A stretch of 64,000 nt of DNA from Felis catus (taxonomy: Eukaryota): assembly GCF_018350175.1 (NCBI RefSeq), contig NC_058369.1, positions 14,572,001 through 14,636,000 on the forward strand, in the 5' to 3' direction. This document shows, piece after piece, positions 1 to 12,846 of this stretch. The notes under the pieces are model-generated. The model did not search any database. It was not told where the DNA came from and saw nothing but the letters and a program-made list of their open reading frames with translations. A program made the position numbers and the translations under genes. Numbering within the stretch: position 1 is the stretch's first letter; each line of letters starts with the position of its first letter.

Positions 1-421
1 CCAATTGCATTTGACCTCAAAACACTTGTTCCACAAAGTACATTAACCTCCACCAAAAGCACTCTTGGGGTAACACAGTGATAGGGGGAATGGAATGGGG
101 CAGTCTTTACCCCCAGGCCAGCCAAAAACCTATTTGTGTTGGGAGATTGGGGGTCATTTCTTCATTTTTCAGTTGTAAAAGAGATGCTTGTTCATTGTGG
201 AAATTTCGAGAATACAAAACAAATATAACGGTGTTTCTACCCCAAGAGAACAAATGCTGTATTTCGGGGCTTTTCCCCTATTCTGCATCTCCACTGGTGT
301 GTCACTTGTGTGTAACTGAGTGCCCTACAGAGGTTTCCTGCTCTTTTCACCATTCCATGTTCCCTTTAATGTCATGAGATTATTACCACACCATTAAAAC
401 TGTCACTCTGTTCTTTTGCAG

Positions 422-552
422 GTGGGGCCCTTGCGTTTGTCAGCCCGAGCTTGGCAGTGCACAAGACCTCCTCAGCTGTGGACCGCCAGCGGGAGTACCT
501 CCTGGACATGATCCCGCCACGCTCCATCCCCCAGTCAGCCACGTGGAAATAG
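422..552 (+). CDS. GATAD2A: GATA zinc finger domain-containing 2A (p66-alpha, NuRD subunit), last coding exon
   Basis: Acceptor ttcttttgcag at 411-421, then (G)[45 protein letters not shown], which I recognise as the p66-alpha C-terminus. Position next to TSSK6 fits known synteny. Not in the ORF track. Confidence 0.95.
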
Positions 553-3500
553 TGCGAGCCGGGCCCGGTGGAGAACAGGCTCCCTCCTCCCTCCCACCTG
601 GCCCTGCCACCCTCCACTCGGGAAGACATCATGCTCCCCGAGAGAATGAGTGAGCGAGCGCCGGCCATGCTGCAGAAGCAAGGGCTCCATTCTTGGCTGC
701 AAAATCTCGTCGCAGCTGAGGGGCTGCTTCACAGGTGGACGAGGAATATCACTGGGGGACCTTTCCCTTGGGCTTTTTTCCTTTCTTTGCCTTTAGTTTG
801 CCCAACACCAGCAGAAAAGTGGACCTCGGGGGCTGGTTCTGCTTCCGGCCCTTCCTTTCAGCCCCCCTCTCTCCCCAATCCCCCCAAGCCCGGCAGGGTG
901 CATGGACGGCTCACCCTGGACACTGTGACACGCTCGGCGAGACCGGCGCCCGGGGCTTCTGAAGTCGAGCGGAGCGTTCTGTTTTGTTTTTGCTTCTCCC
1001 CATCTTAGCCCTCCAAGTCTTTGACTGCCTTCCTTCATGGCAATCTCTAGGTTGACAGATTTTTTTTTTTTTTTTAATCACCTCATGATGATGGAGTTTA
1101 AAGTAAACCGTGCAGACCCAGGGGTCCCTGCCGAGCACGGCCCCCACACCCCAGAGGGTGGGCCACTGACTGCCCAGCTCTCAGTCTAGCAGAAGGCCTC
1201 TGCTGCTGCTCATCCCGGAGACCCCGGACCTCCCACACTTAGCAGAAGAACAAACTGCAACCCTGACCCAGACAGAGAGCCTGGAATCCCGGAAGCCGCG
1301 TACCGCCAGTGGAGGGAGGAGAGAATTGGCAGCAACATCTGGAGCCTGAGTGGGAAATTAGAGGGGCAGGCTATTGTGTTTTTTGTTGTTGTTGTGGTTT
1401 TATTTTATTAAATTTTTCTTTTCCTACTTATTTTGATGGACAACATCCTAAGGTACCCTGGCCTATGCTCCTGTCAGGTGTGTCTGGTGGGGAGGTGCCC
1501 CTGCCCCTCCAAGACGTCAGGGTTTCTGTTTGGGTCTAGTTTAGAACCTTTCCTTAAAGCGGGGCCATGCTGCCAGGGTTCGCCTTCAGACTTTTTTTTT
1601 TTTTTTTTTTAAACCCTCTTTCGAGTCTACAGAAATGTCTTTCAAAGGATCAGGTCTGCTCTTAGTTTCATTTTGGTTTCTCCCACTCTTTAAAAATCAG
1701 TTCCATGAGGATAGACAGAAGCTGTCGTGAGTGTGCTGTGCACGGGCTGTCTCTGTGCAGGTGCAAGGGTGTCCTGTGTGCATGCACACACGTGTGTCGA
1801 TGTGGAGATGGGGTACACTGCTCCCCACTTCAGCCCCAGCCCTAGTTTTCCTATCCATGCAGTTAGGGACTTAATTTAAAATCCTTATTTTGTAGGGCCG
1901 CTGCCTTCAAAACACACTGCTACAACATTCTAATAAAGGCTCATTTAACCCCCTCTCTCATGTTGTGTGAATATCCATGTTTAGCAACATTTTGACCTGC
2001 GGTAGAAGACTTAGTTTTGCAACATTCTAATTTTTTGTTGTGTAAAACCCTATATTGCTCATTGATTTTTGTTTTGAGTGCATAACTTACATGGGCTGAA
2101 GGAGGGGAGGGTGGGGAAGAGTGGCTTTCATTCCAAGATCCAGGGATTTGGGGGATAGGAGGGATATTGACATTAGGGGGGGGAGGTGTTTTTACACCAA
2201 AAAATTAAGAGTATGCAAGCATTTCTATTCCTCACATTTTTCTGTGTGCCTGGCAAATAAATACTTGTCTTATACTACCCTGAGCTGTTAGCCCTCTCTG
2301 TTCAATGACATGGGCCAGGTTTTCCAAATCCTTCAAGAAGGAGCACCTGGTCTGGCCTCTTACGTGGGCAAACAGACCTCAGTTCTATGCAGTAACTTGG
2401 GATCAGGCATCCAGGCGAGAGTCACCTCTGCACTGGAGGGGTGTGCCAAGATTGTCACACCCCAGCTGGAGTTGAATGGGTCTGTGACTCAAGGGCCTGA
2501 GTTGAGCTGTGCTGCACAGGTTGGGCCTCAACCCCAGCCCATTAGAACCTCGCTCATCACTGTGCTCAGGAACCACCTCTGCTCACCTTGCCTGGCTGGA
2601 CTTCTACCAGCCTCTGAGCTATTAAGGGAGCCTCATGAATTCAGTACAAATCCGACCACCACTGGTGGAGGATAGGGCTACAAGCCCTGGCTCTGCCTCC
2701 TCCAGCCCAGGGTCCCTGGGAATAATCCCATCAGGGGCCACTTACTGTGACATGTAACTTTTTTTTAAAGGGGACAAGAACGTGAGATGCCTTAACCTTT
2801 TGTTCATTTCTACTGTATCAAAACTCCTACTCCCCCCCCCCTTTTTTTTAGTTTCTCCCTTTGTGGTATAACTTCTCTGATAAGACCCAAATAAGTTCTT
2901 TGATGAGACTTACGATGTTACAGGAAAGGCATATTAAATCTCTCTGCATGTGGGGTTTGGACATACTCAGAAAGGATATTAATGTTAAGGGTGTTTTCCC
3001 AGCAGCAAAGCTCATCCCTCAAAATTGGCCACAGTGCTGGGGTTCTGGTCTCTCCCTGGCCCCTGGGGCCTCAGACCAAGAGGACCTGGTTCCTAGGAGC
3101 AGTGAGAATTTGGGAGCCCTCAGTCCCAAACGATAAAGGTCCAGAGTTATCTGTGACATGAACTCCCAATGGCAACTGGGAAACTGTTCAAGATGCTGGC
3201 CACCTCTGGAAGGGTGAAGGTTTGCATATTTGAAATGGCCATATGTGTATACATGCATGTGCACATAGATACCTGTGTGTCCACTTGGAGCCACCCATTT
3301 CTCTGGCCATCCTGCCCATGTCATGGGGTCCTGGTTCCCAGTATCCCAACCGTGATGTTGGGACCCACACCTTTGACAAGGCCGACAGTTGCCCTCCTTC
3401 CAGGGGTAGCCTCTGGTCCTATCTGTACCCTGAGACCTTCATGAAGCAAGGCTTGGCCCCAGCGCAGAGGGAATGAAAGGCAACTGAGTACAGCCCTGCT

Positions 3501-3875
3501 GTGTTGCGGCTCCTGTGTCCTACATGTCATTTTCCTGTGGACAGTCATGGGGAGGGATTTTCTATATAATTTAAACATTCTCGTCACAGGGGTGTAGATC
3601 ATGAAAAAGACAGTTGTTGCTGCTCCACCATAGGGTTTTTATTTGATGCTGAGCTATGCTGCACATGATGGTTGCCTACAAAACTTGGACTGAGCTTTTT
3701 TTTTTAAAGGACAGCTGAAGTTTTATAATACTTAACAATGAAAGTGTAATAGACAGTTACACTAGTGCAGGGTATTTGGAAAGTGGGGTTTTGGGGGGTG
3801 GGTGGAGAGGTTGTCACTTGTATTTATTGTGACTCTAAATCTTTGATAATAAATGTAAAAAGTTGACCACCAAAC
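553..3875 (+). other. GATAD2A: GATAD2A 3' UTR (end approximate)
   Basis: U-rich sequence without obvious interspersed repeats after the stop codon. AATAAA at 1932-1937, 2256-2261 and 3848-3853. Confidence 0.7.
3848..3853 (+). terminator. Distal polyadenylation signal AATAAA of GATAD2A
   Basis: Last AATAAA of the UTR-like block, with TGTA motifs nearby upstream. Confidence 0.6.
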
Positions 3876-4591
3876 CGGAATAGAAGTTCCAATGAACAGA
3901 GGCTGGAATCAATGGCTATACATTGTGTCATGAGGAAGTCTTAGAATCTGAAGGAAAATAAAGAAATGGACAATGTGTTGGCTGTATTTTTCTTTTGTCC
4001 CCCCAGTCCTGGTTTCCCTGCATTATTTTTGTCCCAGCTTTGGGGCAGCTTGGAGACTGGGGAAGGTATAGTAGGGTGATCCCTTGTTAATGGGGAAACA
4101 ATGAGACACCTGATTCTTGGGCTTCTTTCAGACTTCATTTCCAAAAGTGGGTGGAGTATCTCCCCAAACTGGGCTCTGTGGCTTTGCCTCTGGGCCTCCC
4201 ATCTTCACCAGAACCTGTGGCTTTGTGGCCTACTTACCCACAGAGCTGAGGGAGCAGGGTGAGGGTCCAGTGAGTTTTGCCCATCCACTGGTTCTTAGCC
4301 CCTTCCAGCCTCCAACCTGGAGTGGTAGGTTTTTCTGGAATTTTCAAGCTTGGCATCTACATTGGGTGTCTTTGCTGCAGGACATTATTAAAGATGTGAG
4401 TTTTAGCACAGACAGAGCTGCCCTGCCAGCTCTGAAATGAACAATTTCAGGTGTTCATCAATATTTGTTATCAGATATTGACACAGTTTCAAAAGTTACG
4501 CATAAAGTGAGACTTGTGATCACTGGTAAATTCTAATGTACATAAAATATAAGCCTGTTTTCCTAGCTGCTTTTATTTTTTGCAGTTTGTC

Positions 4592-4592
4592 G

Positions 4593-4632
<40 letters not shown>
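4592..4632. repeat. (GTT)n microsatellite
   Basis: About 13-14 perfect GTT units. Confidence 0.95.
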
Positions 4633-4633
<1 letters not shown>

Positions 4634-6049
4634 AAGACCTTCCTGCCTCTGGCCTGGGGGTGTTGATTGTCCTCTCCAACCACCACAACTGGCTAGGCTT
4701 CATATGGGTAAGACACAGAACTGCTAACACTGACATTAGAGAAATTAAGCCCAAACCTGTCCCAGTCCACCTGTGACATCCTGACTGGTGCCGCATGCCT
4801 CAGCACTGGCTGCAAGAAGCACATATATGGGGCATTTTCTTGGGGGCTCAAAATTCAGCCCTCAAGTGAGTTTTCACTGAGGCAAGCACAGGCTCCTCAA
4901 TTGTTCAGGGGTGAGTCTCAAGCAGCTTCTCCAGCCAACAAATGGGACAATTGCCCTGGTCCCTGAGGCTTTGTCCCCTCTGAACTGAGCCACACAGGTC
5001 TGTGGCTATGGGGTAGGAGGAGCCCCAGGCCCCATTGCTCACACAGATTAAGGCACATGCCATACCCCAGGCACTAGAACCCCACCCTGTGACAAGGGCA
5101 AGGAGGGAAAGAATGGGGTGTCAGGGAAGAAGTGGCTTGTTAGGCCAAGTATGGAATGAAGACAGAGGGAAAAGTGGTAGGGAATGGCAACAGCCAATGC
5201 AAAGGCTCAGAGGTGAGACCAAACCTGGAGAGTCAAGGACAAGGAAGGCAGTGTGGCTGGACCACGGGGCAAAAGGATGAAGTGGGTTTCATTCTGAGAG
5301 TGGTGGGACCCTTAAGAAGGCTCAGGATGCCATCCTTCAATAACCCACAGCCCTTCCCAACAACCTGGAGGTTGTTCCCACTTCCATTTTCCAAGGTATG
5401 GTCCAGACCAGAAGAGACGCTTTTCTAGCGCAACCCAGAGGGGGTGGGTTTTCTCTCAGCTCAGATGTGAACCAGCCAAGACTAGAGGCAAAGCACTTTC
5501 CCCTCTCTTAGCCTCAATTGCTTCAGCTGTCTCTTTAAGGGGGTTAGGGAAGAGCTGGTAGTTAACGCTCAGGGCACCTGAGAGCCACGAAGGGTGAGTG
5601 AGCAGGAGCAGGGTATGGGCAGACACACAAGATGATCGGCCTCCTTGGGAAATGCGTGGAGCTCCGTTGGAGGCAAGCAGGATTAGGGCTTAGGGAGACA
5701 TCGCCACACACCGCAAATGAGAGACAGCTGCTGTCACTAAACTCAGTAATCTCATTGCAACAAAAGTCCCCAATCTCCCCCAGGCCCTGTGGAGTCCCCT
5801 GTCCAGATACACACCTCTCCACCTCTTCTTCCTCCCTCTCTATTCCAGCCATAGACCTTCCTGGCATTACCCAAACACACCAGCTCCAACATATCTTGGG
5901 AACACTTGGAACACTTTCCTTCTATTTCCAGTGACTGATTCCTTCAGGGTTCAGCTCAAATGTCTGCTTCAGTCCTTCCTTGGTAACTCGTCCTTCCCCT
6001 CACCCAGCTTTTAGCACAAGTTACAATTCTTTACACGCCATTCATTTTT

Positions 6050-6162
6050 TACTTGACTTTTTACTTGCCTCCTAGCTGAGGGCAGGGATGGATCCAAGCC
6101 TCTTTGCTGAGTCCCAGAGCTTGGCACACAGTAGGCATTCAATAAATGTATGAATAAAGAAA
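6050..6162 (+). mobile_element. L2 LINE 3' end fragment
   Basis: ttggcacacagtaggcattcaataaatgtatgaataaa resembles the L2 3' terminus. Boundaries approximate. Confidence 0.6.
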
Positions 6163-6722
6163 GGACTGAAGTAACCAGCTTGCCCAGCAGTCTCATGCTT
6201 TACCCTTGACTCTCCCCTCCCCCTGCCCCAGACAACTTCTTTACCAAGGAAGGACTTTTACTAAGGAGAGTTTCCACCACCTCCCCAACTCCACTCCAGC
6301 CTTTTCTGGTTTCAAATTCCAGCTGTGTTCCTGGGCAAACGACATCTGTATGGGCCTCAATTTCCTCATCTGTAAACGCTCAATTTATGTTAAAGCAGGA
6401 GGCCCCCACCCCCACGAGGTTCCATCCTTAAACACGGGCAGGGTGCTAGGATCTTTGCTCCCCAGCCCATCAATTCCATTGCCATCACGACACCTGGGAT
6501 GGCCCCAAAGCCCTTTCGAGTCGGCTGAGGTTGGGGAGCCCAAAAGTCTGGTTTGAATCTTCCCAATTCCCTTTTGAGACCTAGGACAAGAACCTCAACA
6601 AGCCTCTTCTACAATGGGGCTCCACGCCTGCCTTCCCCTGCGGGATGAAACACCCTCCCCCCCACACACACACACTCGGTAAAAGGGGGCCATTGCCAGA
6701 GGCAGGTGCGAGAAAGAGCGAC

Positions 6723-6728
6723 TTTATT
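6723..6728 (-). terminator. Polyadenylation signal of TSSK6
   Basis: TTTATT on + (AATAAA on -), about 460 nt downstream of the TSSK6 stop. Confidence 0.75.
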
Positions 6729-7185
6729 GCAAGTTTCAAGGAGGCAGCGCCGGGAGCTTGCGGTCCCTCACACGCATTCGCGGCTGTCTCGAGGGCGCCC
6801 TTCACACGCGTCCACTCGCTGGCAGCTCCTCCAAGTAGCCACGGCCTGTCTGCAGCCATCGCTCATTCCGCGCTAGCGCAATGCTTCCGATTCCTCTCGT
6901 CCCTTCCCCTCCCGGGGACTTCTCTTAGGAAAGAGAGGAAGCGCTTGCGCCCTCTTGCTCTTGGGATCATAGGGAGAGGAGCTAGATTCTAAACAGGGGC
7001 GACTGCAGCCCCAACCATCCAGAGAAAGGAAAAGTGGCGGGGGGGGGGGGGGGAGGGGGGGAGAAGGGGTATGCGCGTGCGCAGTGGCGCGTGTCGGCTT
7101 CGCCGGAGTACGGAAGCACGCCTCGCACGCGTGCGCTGCGCTTGCGCAGTGCTCAGGGCGGCGTAAATGGCGGGAACCCCGGCTT

Positions 7186-8842
<1,657 letters not shown>

Positions 8843-8850
<8 letters not shown>

Positions 8851-8936
8851 GTCGAAGGTGAAGCAGGACATGCCCCCGCCGGGGGGCTATGGCCCCATTG
8901 ACTACAAGCGGAACCTTCCACGTCGGGGACTGTCGG
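8843..8936 (+). CDS. NDUFA13: NADH:ubiquinone oxidoreductase subunit A13 (GRIM-19), exon 1
   Basis: [31 protein letters not shown](G), donor GTCAGT at 8937. Confidence 0.97.
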
Positions 8937-9531
8937 GTCAGTGTCGCACTGCGCCGGGGTGTCAGGGTTGGGACTATAGGGCGCCGCGAAAGGAGGTGGA
9001 ACCCGAGGATCCCCTATCGCTTCTGTAGTAAGAGGCTGCTACTTGCACTCAGGGCCGTCCAGAGTAAAACTGGTGCGGAAACGGGAACATTGAGGGAATT
9101 TAGAAGATGTTCCTCTCTGGTAGTCCCTACCTGTGGATGTCCCAGGAATATGTATTCTTAAATTCTTCAGATGTTTTAATAACATTTTAAAATTGTGTTA
9201 TTGGGTTCAACACAGAAAAATGTAAAAAAAAAAAAAAAAAAAAGGGTCACATGCTTTGCACCCAGGGTTAACAGAGAAATACAAACTTTTAAACAAGGGT
9301 AAATACATTTCCCCTAACTCGAGGAACTTTACATTTAATGTTACGCAAATATGCCTCAATTAAAAAAAATATATGGGCATGGTTTAAAAAAAAAAAAAGG
9401 TAATTCAGCCAGTGGGAAAGTTAGTATCAGTTGAAAACTTAAGCTCTTCCCAAGCTCTTGGCTTTTTTGTGTCCCGGAATAGAGGTTGGCAAACTTTTTC
9501 TATAAAGGCCCAATAAATATTTTATGCTTTG

Positions 9532-9733
9532 TGGGTGCCTGGGTGGCTCAGTCGGTAAGTGTCCGACTTCAACTCAGGTCACGATCTTGAAATTTGCGAG
9601 TTTGAGCTTCCTATCCGGCTCTGTGCTGAGAGCTCAGAGCCTGGAGCCTGCTTTGGATTGTGTGTCTCCCTTTCTCTCAGACCCTCAGCCCTTCCCCTGC
9701 TCATGCTCTGTCTCTCAAAAATAAATAAACATT
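9532..9733 (+). mobile_element. Carnivore tRNA-derived SINE (Can-SINE), outer element
   Basis: gggtgcctgggtggctcagtcgg head, CT-rich tract, aaataaataaacatt tail. Remainder of the tail at about 10283-10298. Confidence 0.9.
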
Positions 9734-9917
9734 GGGGTGCCTGGGTGGCTCAGTGGGTTAAGCATCTGGCTTTGGCTCAGGTCACGATCTCACGATTCCT
9801 GAGTTCGAGCCCAGCGTTGGTCCCTGTGCTGACAGCTCAGAGGCTGGAGCCTGCTTCGGATTCTGTGTCTCCTCCTCTCTCTGCTCCTCTCCTGCTCACA
9901 TTCTGTCTCTGTCTCTG

Positions 9918-9955
<38 letters not shown>

Positions 9956-9990
9956 ATAAATAAATAAACAAATGTTAAAAATTAAAAAAA
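9734..9990 (+). mobile_element. Can-SINE inserted in the tail of the preceding SINE
   Basis: Full head with A/B-box-like sequence, (CTCTGT)n/(CT)n tract, A-rich tail. TSD aaataaacatt at 9723-9733 and 10272-10282. Confidence 0.9.
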
Positions 9991-10206
9991 AAATTTTTTT
10001 AATGTTTATTTATTATTGAGAGAGAGAGAGAGAGCGAGCACGAGCGGGGGAGGGGGAGAGAGAGAGAGGGAGACACATAATCTGAAGCAGGCTCCAGGCT
10101 CTGAGCCATCAGCCCAGAGCCTGACGCGGGGCTCGAACTCCCGGACCGTGAGATCGTGACCTGGCTGAAGTCGGACGCTTAACCAACTGAGCCACCCAGG
10201 GGCCCC
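9991..10206 (-). mobile_element. Can-SINE, inverted, inserted in the tail of the second SINE
   Basis: Reverse-complement SINE ending gccacccaggggcccc at 10206. Confidence 0.9.
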
Positions 10207-10680
10207 TAAAAAATTTAAAAAATAAAAAAGATGTGATTCAGTTAACTTGCTAGTAAATTGATCCTTTAAAAAAATAAACATTAACAATTTTTAAAAAATT
10301 ATGCTTTGCTAGCCAGATGCTCTCTGTCCACTGCCGCTGCTTTTTTTTTTTTTTAAACAACTGTTTACAAACCTAAAAGTGTTCTTAGCCCGAGGGTCAT
10401 TGAAAAAACAGGTTACAGGCTAGATTGGCATCACATTGGCACTTGACTCATCGTAGAATAGATTGAACAAATACAATGTGATGTGAATGTCTTCATTTCT
10501 TTCCTCAAAGTATAACTTAACACCCAGGCCAGTGTATCCCTCGGGTGTGTGGCATGAAGTCTGTTTATGCATGTGCACCTGTGTGACCTGTACCCAGACC
10601 AGGCTGCAGAAGGGTCCCAGCCCTTGGTCCTCCCTGGAGTCCTAGTCAGCATCTCTCTCTCTTTCTCTCTTTTTCTGTCT

Positions 10681-10814
10681 TTTAAAGTTTATTTATTTAT
10701 TGGGGGGGGGGGGGCAGAGCCCGATGAGGGGCTTGAACCCACAAACCGTGAGATTATGACCTGAGCTGAAATCAAGACCCCAATGCTCAACCAACTGAGC
10801 CACCCAGGTGCCCC
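10681..10814 (-). mobile_element. Can-SINE, internally deleted
   Basis: Tail tttatttattt, head ...gagccacccaggtgcccc, middle portion missing. Confidence 0.85.
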
Positions 10815-11861
10815 TCTTTTTTATTTTTAAGTCACAAATGTGCCCTTCATTCCAGTCCTCTTCCAGTTCATGACACAGTAGTGCTTCTATACCATTATCT
10901 AGGGTTAGGCCTCCTAGTTGCACCCCTTCACACCAACTCGCATTGTACTACATACAAACCCATCCCAGTCTTTCCTGGCTGCAGAGGGGTGAGGAAGAGA
11001 CCCCTTCTGGCGGCGTGGTCTTTGTGTACATACGTGCTTTCAGTAATTGCTTGTTGAATGCGCACGTGGCACTGAGCCCTGTCTGGAGGAGCTCACAGCC
11101 TAGCAGAGGAGATTAAAATAATCACACCGGAACTTCTCATTTTGGTGAGGCCCCAGATAACCAAGGCCTGCTTTACCCAGGGTGGGCTGGAAGGACCTCT
11201 CTGAACAATCCCCAAGGAGGAGGGAACAGCAAGTGCAAAGGCCCTGCCATCCATCCTGCGCCCCACCCTAATCATCTTTCCTGTGCCCCTCCTCCAGCCT
11301 TGCTTTTGAGCCTTGTTCTCATTAGCCCTACCCTCCCTTGCTCCCGTAAGGCACCCAAGCCTGGCACCCACTCCCCTTCTCTCTGCCTACATCACTCTCC
11401 ACTAGGGTCCTAGAACACGCCCAGCTGGCTCAGACCTTCTTTAATTTCTGCTGTTCCCAAAGTGACTGCCACCTCCATCTTTTCCACTCAGCTGTCTTCT
11501 CTCCGCTCCTTCCTGTGCCCAATAGGTGGGCCTTTTTTTTTTTTTTCCTTTGTGTCTTTAACATTTTTATTGAAATTCACAAACCAGACCAGACCATTCA
11601 CCTATTTCATGTGTACAAATTGTTGATTTTAGTCTATCCAGAGTTGCGTAACCATCCCCCGGATCTAAGTTTATAACACTTGCATTACTCCAAAAGGAAA
11701 CCCCATGAACAGTCACTCCCCATCCTCCCTCCCCCAGCTGCTGGCAACCACCAGTCTGCTTTCTGTCTGGTATGGATTTGCCTGTTCTAGATATTTCGTA
11801 TAAATGGGTCCTGCTCTATGTGGCCTTTGGTGTCTGGTTGCTTTCACTCAGCAGGATGTTT

Positions 11862-12090
11862 TTATTTTTTAATGTTTTTATTTTGAAAGAGAGAATATGT
11901 GAGTGGGGTGGGGGGGTGGGGGGGGGGCGGGCAGTGAGAGATGGGGAGAGAGAGAGAGTCCCAAGTAGGCTCTGTGCTGAGGGCCCTCAGCACAGAGCCA
12001 GACTTGGGGCTCCATCCCACTAACTGAGAGACCGTGACCTGAGCTGAAGTCAAGAGTCGGATGCTTAACCGACTGAGCCTCCCAGGCGCG
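11862..12090 (-). mobile_element. Can-SINE within L1
   Basis: Reverse SINE ending gactgagcctcccaggcgc. Confidence 0.85.
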
Positions 12091-12654
12091 CATAATGTTT
12101 TTAATGTGAATATTGTAGCGTGTGGCAGTTTCTTTCTTTCTTTCTTTTTTTTTTTTTATGGTTAAATAATATTCTTGTATGAGTGGACCACGGTTTGTGT
12201 ATCCATTTACCACTTGATGGACATTTGAGTTGCTGCCACATTTTGGCTGCTGTGAGCATTCCTGTGCAAGCTTCTGTGTGGATATGTTTCATTTTTCTTA
12301 AGTGAAATTTCATCTAGGAGTGGCCTAGCTGGGTCAGATGGTAACTCCACATTTAACATTTTGAAGAACTGCCACACTGTTTTCCACAATTAGCTGTTCT
12401 GTTTTACGTTTCTACCTGCAGTGTGTTGAGTTCCAGTTTCTCCATATTTGGATAACACTGATTATTTTCCTTTTTTTTTTTTTTTTTCTTTTCTCTTTTT
12501 AAAATTCTAGCCATTCTGGTGGGTGTGAGGTGGCATCTCACTTGGGTTTTGATTTGCATTTCCCTGGTGACTAATTATGTGGGGCATCTTTTCATGTGTT
12601 TATTGGCCATTTGTATAACTTCCAGGAGAAATGTCTTCAAGTCCTTTGTACTTT

Positions 12655-12846
12655 TTCTTTTTTCTTGGAGAGAGAGAGAGAGAGAGAGCTGGAGAGGGGG
12701 CAGAAGGAGAGAGAGAGAATCTCAAACAGGCTCCCCACTGTTAGTGCAGAGCCCGATGAGGGGCTTGAACCTATGAGCCATGAGATCATGACCTAAGCTA
12801 AAATCAAGAGTCAGATGATCAACCGACTGAGTTACCCAGGTGCCCC
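12655..12846 (-). mobile_element. Can-SINE within L1
   Basis: (GA)n tract and head gttacccaggtgcccc. Confidence 0.85.

Larger units (their letters stand above)
9480..10450 (+). mobile_element. MER58-like hAT DNA transposon fossil interrupted by three nested SINEs
   Basis: agaggttggcaaactttttctataaaggcc...aaatattttatgctttg resumes at about 10309 after a duplicated ttatgctttg (9522-9531 and 10299-10308). Confidence 0.65.

Noticed and set aside
4536..4727. Signal-peptide-like poly-Leu ORF
   Set aside because: The hydrophobic run is just the (GTT)n microsatellite.
9532..9610. tRNA-like A/B boxes
   Set aside because: These are heads of tRNA-derived SINEs, not tRNA genes.
9524..10287. ORFs such as GAPGWLS... 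and EFEPRVRL...
   Set aside because: Translations of Can-SINE sequence. The same applies to similar ORFs at 40227, 45842, 61476 and 62701.
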